64,000 nt of DNA from the NCBI GenBank assembly GCA_038087875.1, contig CM075978.1:112716001-112780000 (forward strand), in the 5' to 3' direction. Below are positions 37,770 through 50,749 of this stretch, piece after piece. This stretch comes from Malacoraja senta. Its lineage: Eukaryota. Each line of letters opens with the position of its first letter. Position 1 is the first letter of the stretch. The notes under the pieces are model-generated. The model saw only the letters and a program-made list of their open reading frames with translations, was not told the DNA's origin and did not search any database. A program made the translations under genes and the position numbers.

Positions 37770-38130
37770 TGGGTGCCGGCCCTATTCTAAGCACTTGAGC
37801 ATATTATTTAGCCTCCCATTTCAGTGCAGTACTGAGGAAGTACTGCGTTGAAGGAAGTGGTGTATTTTGGCTAAGATGTTCATCCAATGCCCTCTCTACC
37901 ATATGTTAAAGATCCCGTGGTGTTTTCCCAAAGCAAGATTTCCCAGCTAGCTTGGCTAATACTTATTCTTCAACCCTTTACGTTGTCATCATCAGGTTGT
38001 TGCTTGTGGAAGCTTGCTGTGCCGAAATTGGTTACAGCATTTCCTAGTGATGACACAAGATTACCAAATGGCTATAATGAAACTCAGTTGTCAAAACTGC
38101 ACTATAGTGTTAGTTCCTTCTTTGATTATC
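37770..38130 (+). mobile_element. Deu-domain SINE (SacSINE1-like)
   Basis: CAGTGCAGTACTGAGGAAGTACTGC...AAAGATCCCGTGG...GTGGAAGCTTGCTGTGCCGAAATTGG. Confidence 0.65.
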
Positions 38131-39619
38131 CCACGGTCAAAAAGTCTGCAAAAATATCATGCTGGACGTATAGCCACTTGCATAAGGACCAGAGTAATGC
38201 TAACCTGTGGAACTGTGTCACAGCAAGAGATTGTTCTTGGGAAACCTGAGAAGGGCAAAATTGAGCCAAAAATGATAAGTTTTCTGCAAAAAATACTTTG
38301 AATAATCGATCCGTTGCATTCAAATAATATTTTTTTTCTGTTACACTTTCATTCAATAAAGTTTCCATTGTACAACATTGCATGATTCATGAAAATATGA
38401 TGGAAATGTGTTTAAAATATATCAGCATATAGCAGGGTTAAAGGAATTGGATTAATTCCAGTAAATGTAAGATTTTGAAGTGGACCCCCAAAGCCATTCA
38501 CTGGATAATGCCAATCATTTATGTCAGTACATTCATTTCAAACTCAACAACTTAAAGTAATATTCTGTTATTCATGCACTGCAACATTTTTCACAGCTTA
38601 CCTCTATTAGAACATCTTCATTGTCTAGTAAGAAATGCTAAACCTCCCATTTGTCATGCTGCAAGTGTAGATGACTCAATAGTTATCAGGATAGCACAAA
38701 TCCCACAAAACATTCAAGTAGAGAGGTTCGGGATAAACATTGAGACTGCTTGAATATTAGACCGCGGGTATTTGTTGAAGGCTGCATATGAGAGCAGGGA
38801 GGTGAGGTACTGAATAGCGCTTATCATTAATACCGTGTCCTAGAAAATTGGTGCAATCTGGTCAAATCTGTTGACAACTGAAATAGAAGAGGGTATTGAA
38901 CGCTGTATTACTGAGGGAGTGCTGCACTCATGGATTTGGTTGAAAGTAGCAACTTAGAAATAACAGGATGTCAATTTTAAACAATAAGCAGGTATAACAA
39001 ATGAATAATAATTTAATCAAAGGAAGTATAAAGCATTACATAAAAGGACTTCTGAGTGCTGTTGACATGAAAGGAACAAATTATACACAAAGTTTCAAAT
39101 ACATCTCGTCAATCTATTTTCTAAAGTCTGTGGGATGTCAAACTACGTCTCCAAAACAACAAAATGTAAGTACAGGGGATGTAATAAATTCAAATTTGTC
39201 AGGAATAGCCTGGAGGACAATTAGAGTTATACAATGAGCCACATTTAGTCCATTGCCCAGAGACTATGAGGAAGGGTCTCTACCCGAAACATCACCCATT
39301 CCTTCTCTCCTGAGATGCAGCCTGTCCCGCTGAGTTAATCAAGCATCAGATGTGGAGCACCATACTGGCTCTGCACTCCTTAGAGCTGGGTGACAAGGCA
39401 CCTCAATGACAAGTGGACTCAACCCCCAGAACACCCTGACAACCCTTAATAGGACACAAGTCACAGGCAGTGCTGTCAAAACAAAACATTTAAGGACCAC
39501 TAAATAACATTAATTAAAACACATTAAAGCAATGAAAGATTAAAATATCATTGTAAATAAAATCAAGTAACTGAATATATTTTTCTTCTGAATATCTGGG
39601 TCAGGAATTGTCATTCAAC

Positions 39620-39920
39620 TGAATGGAAATATCACCCTACACAGGTTTCCAGATACAGGGTAGAATAATAGAGAGCTGGTCTCATTTCAAACACAAGCTG
39701 GGTTAGCATAATTCCATCACTTATTTACCCTGAAGCAGTAAGACCAGGGGCCAAGTAATGTCTCTTGTGTTGCAGGTGAATGACCTGGTCATTTCTCCTG
39801 CTTTTCTTCAAGTATTGCCCCAGGGTCCTTTACTTTCAGGAGAACAAGCTGGAGCATCAGCTTAGCACCTCATCCAAACAACAGTTGATGTATGGCACAC
39901 TCAAGTGATGCTTTACTGTT
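39620..39920 (-). mobile_element. Degenerate Deu-domain SINE
   Basis: CCTGCTTTTCTTCAAGTATTGCCCCAGGGTCCTTTAC...CACCTCATCCAAA is the reverse complement of the Deu pattern. Confidence 0.5.
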
Positions 39921-40044
39921 CAACAGGAGTAAAAAGAATTCAAATTTCTCAACATTTCAGTTGTATTACTAACATTGCTGATTTAACCCATTCCCTTCTT
40001 AAAGCATCAGCCACATTTTAGCCAGTGTCTATGTTGATAATATT

Positions 40045-40330
40045 AAAACTAGTGAGCATAGGTTTAAGATGAGAGGATGATAACAGGGCAAGAAAGGTTT
40101 CGACCTGAAACGTCGCCTATTCCTTCTCTCCATAGATGCTGCCTCACCCGCTGAGTTTCTCCAGCATTTTTGTCTACCTTCGATTGTTCCAGCAAATCAT
40201 CTGTAGTTCTTTCTTAAACATTAAGTTTTTTTAACTTCTTGTGGTAGATGCTTGGAGTGTACTACCAGAGGAGGTGATAGAAACCGATATGATAGCAACG
40301 TTTAAGAGGCACTCACACAGGCATAAGAAC
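40045..40330 (+). mobile_element. CR1 3' fragment with nested Penelope terminal repeat (~40088-40222)
   Basis: AACTAGTGAGCATAGGTTTAAG... interrupted by CGACCTGAAACGTCGCCTATTCCTTCTCTCCATAGATGCTGCC. Confidence 0.65.
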
Positions 40331-40654
40331 AGGCATTTGGAAATATCACTGTTGGCTAGTTCTGTGTAGATCTGTAATTCTATTTCTGTGATATTCAGTA
40401 TTTGAAAGTCACATTGAGCTGGGAAAAAATCCAGACATAACAGAGGCATAATATAATCAAATATAATTGTACTACCTTTTGGGAAATAAAATACTGTGAT
40501 CAATGAATCAAAAACAATCTCAATACAGTTAAAATTTGTGCCTCAGAATAATCTTTGGACTATTTGGGTTCCCCATTTGATCAGAAAAGGTAGAGGTTGT
40601 GTCATTTTTAACTTGAAGGCCACAAGTCTTATTGCAGGTCTGTGCCAATAACAA

Positions 40655-40960
40655 CATACTCTCTTTGAATTAATTCCTTCCCATTTCCATAAACTCCTTC
40701 AGCCCTTAACCTCTGTGCAACTTTGCACTCCTCCAATCCTGGCCTCTCCATTGATATTGGCATTTTAGCTGCCTGTGTTCTGATTTCTGGTATTTTTCTT
40801 TGGATCTCCTTGCATCCCCAGCTCTCCAACCTCCCCTTCAAACCTACCTCTCTGAACTAGATTTTGGTTATAAATTTCCATATCTCGCTGTGAGGTTTAG
40901 TATGAAACAGCTTGGTACATTTTAAGTTAAAGGTGCTATATAAATATAAATTGGTGTTTA
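40655..40960 (+). mobile_element. L2 LINE 3' end
   Basis: CTTTGCACTCCTCCAATCCTGGCCTC...TTAAAGGTGCTATATAAAT tail. Confidence 0.6.
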
Positions 40961-43900
40961 TGCTGGCTTCAAAAAAATCCAGTAGAATTGATTTAACAGT
41001 AGCACTCATTTTTTTTTTCATGAGGCTGTTGAGTTGGGTAAGACTAATATCACAGTTGCTGCAGAAAGCAATACAAACATTGCACAGCTGGTTAAATAGT
41101 ACAGCTAACATGGAAACATGGTTAGGAAGCATTTCTTGGTGAAGAAAAATGGAATTCCAGATTTCCACATAAAATATTTCTATATGTTCTATTTGAAATA
41201 AATCTGTATGTGCCTGTAGCTATACATGGTAAAATGTTTTCCCTTCCTATTACGCAATTATTTCCTTCTACATGCCAACCGACACCAGTTGAATGAGATA
41301 GCGAGAAGCATCAGCTTTTCCTGGCATCTCATTGTTGATCCATTTCTGTTAACAAGGCAAAACGGCATTCTTCTTTTAACCTTCTTGCCAAACAGTCAAT
41401 CCCATGTTTATATAAGGGAGGTAACATTAATCCTGGACCAATTTAAGATGCAGCAAATGGGTCCTGGGACAAGTAATTGGTGGAGATCACATGTTTCAGC
41501 GACGAAGGTAAAGGACTCACTAGTTATATTTTGGACATTTTCAATACATCAATCTTGATTCTAAATCTCGCTGAATACATTTATTGAGAATTTGCTGAAA
41601 ACTTACCCCTCCTCTCAGTGTTAATACACTAATTTTCCAGTAAGTTCCCAAGACTTTGTTAAACGGGACTAAACTGAATTGAGTCATAACTGCTTTTAAT
41701 CCCTTTCAAAATCTGGAGGTACTGTTTTATGTTAACATTCCTAGTTTATTGTACTTGGAATCAAACGTATGGCCCAAATACAACTAATGTTATTACCAAA
41801 TGGGGGACTGAAACGATCGTCAAAGAATATTTCAAAGGCAAATTATATCTGTGTTGATATTGTTCAATATGTTACAATTTTTCACATTACCAATAAGTAC
41901 TATTGGCTAGAAATAATTATAAACTGATTTTTATGTTACATCAGCTAAGCAGTATTTTTGGGGGTGTTTCTTGCTTTTATTACGGGAAGCCTTGTATTGC
42001 ACTGGAGCATGATTCCGCACCATCCAGCAATTCAAACGGGCAAATAAATCTCACCTGAACTAATTAAATTGAACAAGCATTGTATCATATAATTCCTTTA
42101 ATGGTACCATATAATATAGTTTGCATTAAAGTCTTAATTTTAGATTAACATTTCAGTATCTTGTCAATTATAAGACCCCTTCTCTAATGTGTATTAACTC
42201 AAAACGCTTCTGTTGGTAACATCTGGTTGGTGAATTTGTTATAAAATCCCCTTTAGGAAATACTATAATGTGGATAATCACATCATAACAAATTTCAAAA
42301 GAGTCACAATTTGTAATCAATGATTACAGCTTTGGAACTCAGTTTGGATTATTATTTTTAGTTAACCTATTTTTCATCCTTTATGAAGAATGTTATTACC
42401 TATACATCCTCTTCCAGCGGTACGTTAGATGCTCTGGACTTTTGGCTTTGGACTTCCACCCAAGCAGCCACTTTGTGACTTGCAGAAGGTGCAAGTCAAG
42501 CACAACAAACCAAAAGATGTCAGCAATCCATCTGGCAGAATGTAAAATAAAACATAGTTCACAAAATCGAGTTAAGTGAGATTGAATGACAGGCAGTTTA
42601 ATTGCAATGTTTATATCTGCAGTTGATTAAATCTGACAATTGTTCTCCAATCCTATGGTGGATTTAAACTCAACTAATCCAACTCCACCGAAGAGAAACT
42701 GTCCATTTTAGGCTGGTGGTGCCACACTGGCCTATATTAATGAATTAGGATGAATTGAAACATAAACATAAAACATAAAGCAGTAATTACACTTTAGTCG
42801 TAAATCATTGGCTGCAATATATTTAAGAATGTTTCAGGGTCACCACCGATTATGACCAGAATAATTTCAAACTTTCTTTCTAAGCTCAGGTGTCCCTAGT
42901 TATGGTTCTCTTCATTTACTTTTTAACTGCTGTGCAAATTTAAGTAAAGTATAATTGTAGAAGCCTACGTTGATCCTAGCAAATTTGTTAATTAAAAATG
43001 TGTAATATTGACTTTAATGCAAATCAGTGCCATCTTCAAAATAATTAATACGAAAGAAAATAGCACTAGTCCAGTAAGTCCATTGGTGCTCCACCATTCA
43101 ATGGCATTACATTGAATCCTCAACCTGTTCGATGCTCATAAACCTTAATCGATGGATTTCTTTATCGATTGATTAATCTATCATTCTTTGCCTTGAACAT
43201 TTTCAACAACTGGGCATTTACAACACTCTGCTGTGTTCCAGTCTTAGATTTCTGCAGCAATGGGATTAAAAGACATGTTTTACAATAAAATGGGAAATGT
43301 TTGGAAGGCAATTCCATTGTCCACCGTTCAATAAGGAAGGAGTAAAAATGATTCATTAATTTGCAATTCTATTTGTTATTTATGTTTGCCAAGACATTCA
43401 CGCAATATTCCATTACAAAGTAGAAAATGTCAGCTGACAAAAAGGTGGTATTGAAATACTGTTACAGAAATATTACACTGATACTGTTATGACTGCAAAA
43501 TTAGTCATTATTACTTTGCTAACAATGCGAATAAAAATGCTTTGATAGTTCGAATTGGTGGAATGGAAATTACTGGGTAACGGAGAGCAATCTTGTGCAA
43601 CAGTATGTTGTAATAACATCAAGGAGCATTCAAACAGTGGAATTTGATTAAGAAGGAGTGTAATTGTGTGGTGGTCATGACAGCCCAAATACCAAATACC
43701 TAATAGCTGCATTTTTGTGAAAATTTTAAATAGAATTTAAGTTTCCTTCTTCGTGTAATATGATAATGCAAACGGTTACATGTTCCTTTTACATTATCCT
43801 TATTGGTTAACCTTTTCTCCAACACGATAAAGGATAGGAAAATAAATCTCCAGTACAAAAACTCTTCCAAATCAAATCTAAGTCTTCTGACTGAATTATT

Positions 43901-45924
43901 GAGTGCACAAGAAGCCATCACGATAAATACTGACATGTCCTTGATTTTTTTCCTTCCCTATACACTCAGCTTAGAAGATTGATATTTCATATATCTACCT
44001 ATTATGATGTGTTTTTTACTTCCACTTTTGCAGCTCTGCTCAGGTTTCTCTGAAATACCAAACTGTTGACATTTACTGCATGGGGAGTCACCTATAAATA
44101 CACCTTTCAAGGTGGGATGAATCCTGCAATGTGAATCATGTCACCCACTCAAATAGATAATAGGAAACAGGTTTATTACTCCCTCCTATCACAAGCATCC
44201 AAATAAAGATGGCTTCAAAATATTCATAAACTTAGAGTACATTACGTCTTTTGCAGTTTTTATCAGTCCCACCCAAGAATGTTACATTGGGTCAATTTTT
44301 AAATGATTGTATTTTCAGGAAGCAGAACTAGTCCAGCATGGGAATACGCTCTCAGCAGCTCAAAGAGGCACTGACCTGAATGCTTTTGCTTTCATTTCCC
44401 AAATTATTTTGTGTACAATTCATTTTCCCTTTTTGTTTATTATGAAAATACAAAAGGCCTTTGCATAATCATATACCACCCACAATGTTTAAGAGCTACC
44501 ATTTGCATTTTTGTTGCAAGCTGTAATCCAGAAGTGACATTGAGTATTTACATAATGTTCTAGTGTTTTAATTACTATCGATTGCAAATACTCAGTAGAA
44601 AATTTGAGAAAAAATGTTACATTAATTTCTGTAATATTCCTATTAGCATCTGCAAACAACTCATCAGCTTTCAAAACTTCAGATGTCAATATATCCTTAT
44701 TAAACCTGAACTCTATTCATCAACCACATTACAAACCAGCCGTGCATCCGAATTATACAATGAAGTAAATCCAGCAATTCGTCAAAAAATGAAAATTTAA
44801 AAACTAAAATTGAGAGCGTTGAAGGTGTCAATTTTGCTGTCAATAACAATTGATTTTAAAAAATTTTAAATGTTTTAATTTTTTGGGATACAGCTTTATT
44901 ATAAAATGTCTGATTCCTTCCCATAACAGGATAACATATTAAAACTTCATTCTGCTTGAAGAATGAATATTTTTGATATTTTCACTAGTTTACTTTGCCT
45001 TTTATTGTTTATCGTTAACGCCATGGTTAGGAAGATTTGCTGTTGAAAGAAGCCTGTGGAAAGTGTGATTTGAACTCTATTTTAATTTTTTTTTTAACAT
45101 AAAAAGATAAAGAAAAGTTTGTCTTGAAACTGTGGATACAAATTCAAACTGGTCAAGTGCAGAGCTCCAACATGTTGTGCCCAGTACCCTTCGGCACAGC
45201 CAAATGTTTAACCAGCTGCCCTTTTGGCCTGTTTTTTTTTCCCTTTTCCAACAAAAGACAGATACAAATCACTGACCTAAATTTGCAGGGGAGGAAAAAA
45301 ACTGCACCATGGTTTCAGGGCAAAACGTGTGATTGGAACAGATGTTTAAACAGCATTTACTTTAAATATAAAGCATTTTTAATTGTTTTGAACAGTCCTA
45401 TGTAAGAGGTGTTTTAAAATATCCTTTTCATCTTTGCGCATCACATTGATAAACAGGAAGAACCATTAACCATCTTGTAGCTGGATACTTTCAAATTATT
45501 TCATTTATCTTGCGTTATGTTTCTGATTTGAACTAGCGGGCGATGGAAATCAAAAGCCTGCATGCGATTTGTCAAAATTATGGAATAGAGGTGGCTGGAC
45601 ATGCCCCTCCTGTATGCAGATAATGACATCCTTAAAATATTAAGCCAGTAAGACATATTCATAAACAGCTTTCCTAGTGATTTGCAAATTATTTCTTACA
45701 ACACTCGTGGCCCATTGTTACTTTCAATTCTGTTGTAACATAAATCCACAAGAATTAGAAAAAGATACTGTACAAATGCGAGTTGTTGCTGTAGATTTTT
45801 TGAACCAGAGAGAACATACAATTCCAAAAGCTTTTAATTAAACTTTTCTGAAATAAAAAGCTGAGTCAAACCACTTCATTTAATTTACCCTCATTGGACA
45901 AGCATCTTGATTCACATCTATTCA

Positions 45925-48110
45925 AGATCTATTCACATCTAGTTTAATTGAAGAAGAAAAAAAAAAACAATTTAATGAACAAGGATCTTTATACAGGATG
46001 TAATTTTTGCCAGGTTATTGCTATTTTGTGAAGGACCATTAATATTATATAAGGTAACTTGCCAAAAATTAACTTTTCTTTAGGTAAAGAAATACATTTC
46101 TGTGCAAATTGTATGTTTTAACAACTTGGAATTGTTCAGTGAAGGTGTGTCTACAGAAATAAAGGTGAAGAAAACCTCGGCGGTCGAACATTTTGTGCTC
46201 AGAAGTCTGGAGTTGATGATGCATACGTAGGGAATGAATAAATTTCAAATCGAAAGAAAGACAACAAAAAAGCGTTTCCAGTTTACATAATTTATTGCAG
46301 TTAGCACACAATTTAAAAATTCCACCAACGGCACATCAAGGTACAAAACTAAACAGCATTATAATTTACTCCCCCCATTGTTCTGAAAATTAAAACAGAC
46401 TATGATTGTCAAGGCTAACGTCAGTCTAAATCCAGGTAAAAAGGTAGAATATTACAGGCTTGTGGGGTTGGAGGTGGGGAGTGGGGGTGAAGAGGGAGGA
46501 AAGCAACAAAAATAGAACTATTAAAGGATCACCTGTAAGGAAAAAGTAAGAGTCATACTCACAAATACCACAAAGAAAACTAACGTGGGAACCAAGGAAG
46601 CTGTTCATTTTAAAGACACTGATTGTCTTACCTAAACATTTTTTTAAATCTACAGTTCAACTTACTTTTGTCAGACATTTAAACTCTTCAAGTAACTAGC
46701 ATAATTACAGAATCTTAGAGGCCATTTCACAGCTTTAAAACAATGTCAAGGGCCAAAGGAAAAACTCATATGACCCGCTCGAAAAAAATCCAGCAATACA
46801 CAATCTAGTTTTCCATTAATAATCATATTGCCTTTGTGCACAAAAATAAGCTATGTTTACAGTAGTTAAGGCAATCAAGTAAAAAAAATAAAACCCACGA
46901 AAAAAGGGGGAAAACAGCCACGTTTCCGTGCTATCCCAGAGACCTTATTGCGAGTGCAAGACAGGAAAACAAACACTGTGCAAAACACTTGCCATATGTG
47001 TTGTTCATTAAAACCACACACATATCAAGCAGCCACTTCAGCTGCTTGGTTACACATTATATAATAAACCCCCTCTTCAAAACTGGGTTCATGAATCCTT
47101 CTTGCCTACCCTCCCACCCCCAAACCTAATGGCCAATTGATTTCTATTAACCACCAATTCAGGTCACATTATGTGTAATATATACATATTATTTTATATA
47201 TATATTATAGATATATGCGACTGGGAAAATTGTTTCACATATTGAAACTGCATAGCAGTACACTTAAAAAAATTAAATTGCTGTGCAACACCAGTGGCAT
47301 TTTTCACGGTGCTATTGCACTTGGCAAAAATGCATCTCAGGAAAAAAAATTGTCTCACTAATTAAATAAAAACTTAAGTTACACACTTTGCCAAGTTCAT
47401 AGAATTGCAAAACGAAAACCCCAAAACGTCCAATAAAAGTCATGCATTTTCTTATCACCTCAATATTCACTTTCAGAAGACCTGATTAAGAGCGTAAAAA
47501 CAATCCATCAGGTTTGTTAAATCCATTCAATGCAGTAAGACATACAGTAATATAATTCACATTTCAAACATAATTTTAATTTGCCTGGAAATCCCATACA
47601 TTTAGAATCTAAATTACATCAAGTTTCTGGTTAAGAATAAACAGGGTAGAGAATCATTTAATTTGCAAATGCACCTTCCCGCACATACGGAAATGAAATT
47701 AATAATTATGTTTACAGCATTGTACAAAAAAAGTTTTAAATATCCAGAAATTGTGCAACATTAAAATATTAACAAGTTTTAATGAAGACCTTAAGGAATT
47801 AGTGGTTCATTGTTAAAAATTTCAACAACAAAACCTCATGTACTATACAGCAGCATCCTTTGCAGTGCACTCCACAACTGCAGGGTGCATTTAAAAAGAA
47901 AATAAGAATATTTATTAAATAAGTGTCGAGCTTAATAGTTAATTATTATTTACCTTATGTTGCATTATGAATCACAGAATCTCATTTTTGTAGACGGTGT
48001 TGTTAACAACAGTATTTATAGTTATTATTTTGTGGAGAGAATTCAGTGCCCAAAAAGCTGTCGAAGAAATTACCAGAAACTTGATTTTCAGAATGTTCCA
48101 CAGTTAGATT
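45925..48110 (-). other. ZBTB18: ZBTB18 3' UTR (~2.2 kb, end inferred)
   Basis: AU-rich, repeat-free; minus-strand AATAAA at 46291-46296 and ATTAAA at 45971-45976 and 45943-45948; many miRNA seed matches. Confidence 0.6.
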
Positions 48111-49702
48111 TTATTTCCAGAGTTCTTGCGAGCTGTCTTCTATGGTCCAGTCTCGCATTGCAGGCAAGTTAAGAGACTCTGTTTTAACAGAGAGTGTGTT
48201 TATCAGCTCACAGTGAAATTTCCGAATGTGTCTATACAGGTCACCCGATTGGGTGAACCTGCGCTCACACCACTTGCACGCGTGTGGCTTTTCCCGGGTG
48301 TGAACAACCGCGTGTCGGCTCAAATTATGCGAATACTGGAAGCTCTTCCCACACTGACTGCAAGTGTATGGCTTTTCACCTGAATGAGTTCGCTCGTGCC
48401 GTTTTAAGGTGTACATACATGAAAAAGTCTTCCCACACAGCGAGCAAGTGGGCACATTGACATCAGTGGCAGGCTTGCTACGGAGGCCATCCTGCTCTCG
48501 AAAGTGCGTGCTCAGGTGGATCTGCAGAATATGTGGACTTGGAAACACTTTGTTGCACAGAGGACACATGAAGATTTGGCCGGCAGAGCCAAGTATATTA
48601 GAGCAGTAAGGGAGCAAACTGCTGTCCATGTTTCCTTCCATCTGGGCTCCATCATTTTCGGGGGTTATCATCTCATCGTCACTGGCTCGATCTTCTCGGT
48701 CCATCTCGCTCGAAACAGAAGCTTCTCTTCTGGCAGACACATGGAGTGAGTCATAATGAACTCTGTTCATTGTACTTGCACTGTCTTTTGCCGTGCTACT
48801 TTGATCCATATCAAAGTCATTAGTGCTGCTGCCTTCCTCGTCAGAAAATACTTCTTTCTCTACTTTAACCTGTACCAGGTTATTTCTGGCAATATCTTCA
48901 TGTGGCGAGACATAAGGGTGGCTGGCGTTTTCTCCTGCTGACAGCCCGGACTTGACAGACAAATCCAGCACACAGTCAACATCTGCTGAATCCTTAATGG
49001 AGCTGGCAGACCTCTGGGACAAAGGCCCTGTTGAGCTGCAGGGACTGGACACTGTTTTTCCAGCTGTTACTGCATGTGTCTCAACCTCCACACCAGGCTG
49101 AGTGATGCCTGCTGAGTCAGAGGGCAATCTCATCCACATGCTCCCAGATTCAATAACTAAGTCCCTTTTGCTTGACACCGTAGCACTCACTTTTTCCTCC
49201 TCAGTTTCATCCTCCTCACTTGGTAGTTCCCCCACGACGTGTGCACTGCTCACAGAGGAGATTTCCCCTTTCTCAGAGCAGCTTGAGGCATCTTCTTCTT
49301 TCTTAGTGCTGTCCGCTTCTGTAGTACATTTTTCTTTCAGCTTCTTTTTGCAGACTTTCACTATGTCATACATGTGAAGGTAACTTGCAGCTGCAAGTAC
49401 GTCCTCAATAGGCAAGTCTTTGAACTGGAGTTTCCCTTCATACATGAATTCAAGGAGGAGAGCGAAAGCTGGGGCTGTAACAATGTCACTGTTCAGATGA
49501 ACAATGTCTCTTTTGTCCAGCTGGTCCTTGTAAAAGAGATGGAAGTACATGCTGCACGAAGCAAGCACAGCACGATGGGCTCGAAACTGGGCATCTCCAA
49601 CCAAGACAGTGCAATCACAAAGAAAACCTTGATGCCTCTGCTCACTCAGACACTGGAGCAAATGTCTGCTGTGGTCTGGAAACTCCATACTGTCTTCATA
49701 AC
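48111..49702 (-). CDS. ZBTB18: Zinc finger and BTB domain-containing protein 18 (RP58/ZNF238), main coding exon; ATG of the 525-aa MEFPDH form at 49688
   Basis: Acceptor TTTTATCTGCTACAG|GT TAT GAA GAC AGT ATG; BTB domain [26 protein letters not shown]..., VLDLS CtBP-type motif, four C2H2 fingers, C terminus DSSQELWK*. Confidence 0.97.
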
Positions 49703-50040
49703 CTGTAGCAGATAAAAGTTTGTTAACATTTAAAAGTATAAGTAATGCAAAAAGCAATCCCTTCCTGCTCCAAGTATCCTGAAATCTACAGCTAAAGATT
49801 AATAAAGGAAAAATAAATAGTCATAACAAATTGTTTTGTTGCTGCCTTAGCAGTGCACAGAAGGGGCAAAAGCACATAAACTACCACAAGACTCAAACTC
49901 AATCACATTAACTGTACTATGTCCGAATCTCTAATCCTTAAAATGGCTAAAAATAAAGATTACATGATAGTCAGTAAGGTACTGTTGATCAAATTAGATG
50001 CCTAAAAGGACAGAGACAGGACGAAAACGAAGCTTATAAA

Positions 50041-50120
50041 CATCTGATACAGATGACTATGGCCATATGGCAGCTGCTGCCCAGATAAAGAGATTAAAGA
50101 ATGGAGTGCGATTACAGCTG
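50041..50120. promoter_or_regulatory. Intronic E-box cluster
   Basis: CATCTG 50041, CAGATG 50050, CATATG 50064, CAGCTG 50071 and 50115. Confidence 0.55.
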
Positions 50121-50749
50121 TCTGGGCAATTCCACGCGTCGCAATCTGCGAATCCCAAATTAGTCACTATTACCGCAAACTCTAAAGAAAAAAAATAGCT
50201 TGTTCTAATAGCAATAATCTGTCAAGTCAAAATAAAATAAATACAAATATTAGCATACAGAATTTCTAGCAGTATTTACAAAACGATTTTTAAAATCCCC
50301 CCTACCTGCCAAAGGAATATAAACAGAGCAACTTCTCTTGATCAGTCCCCAAAAGAACACCTTCAATGGTGCGCTAAATCTTTGTGACTCTGGTCTGTCA
50401 AGTTTAAAAAAGCAGACTGAAGAGGAATGATACCGGCACACGGAGCAAGATCACACAAAAAAACCTAGCAATGCCAGACTGTCAGCTGCTCTGACATCAC
50501 TTCAAATGGAAATGCTACCTCCAGCTGTGCTGCTTTTTAATGCCATATGTTACTCGTGTCGTGTTTGCTGCTGCTGCCACCAATCTCACGTTTGAATTCA
50601 TTATCTGTTACAAAAGGCAAAAAAATACCCCCCCAAATAAAATAAAATAAAATAAAGTACATCACCGTGTCTTCCCATCACACCCCTCCTTCCCCTTTAT
50701 TTTCTTTTGTTGCCAAAAATATCCACTTCACTTGAAATGACACAAATAA

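Noticed and set aside
48126-49715. Plus-strand ORFs antisense to ZBTB18
   Set aside because: Short shadow frames of the coding exon with no independent support.
49703-49757. N-terminal extension [18 protein letters not shown] of the 548-aa ORF, looking like a signal peptide
   Set aside because: Starts at TTG and is the intron's polypyrimidine/acceptor region read in frame; the exon begins at 49702.
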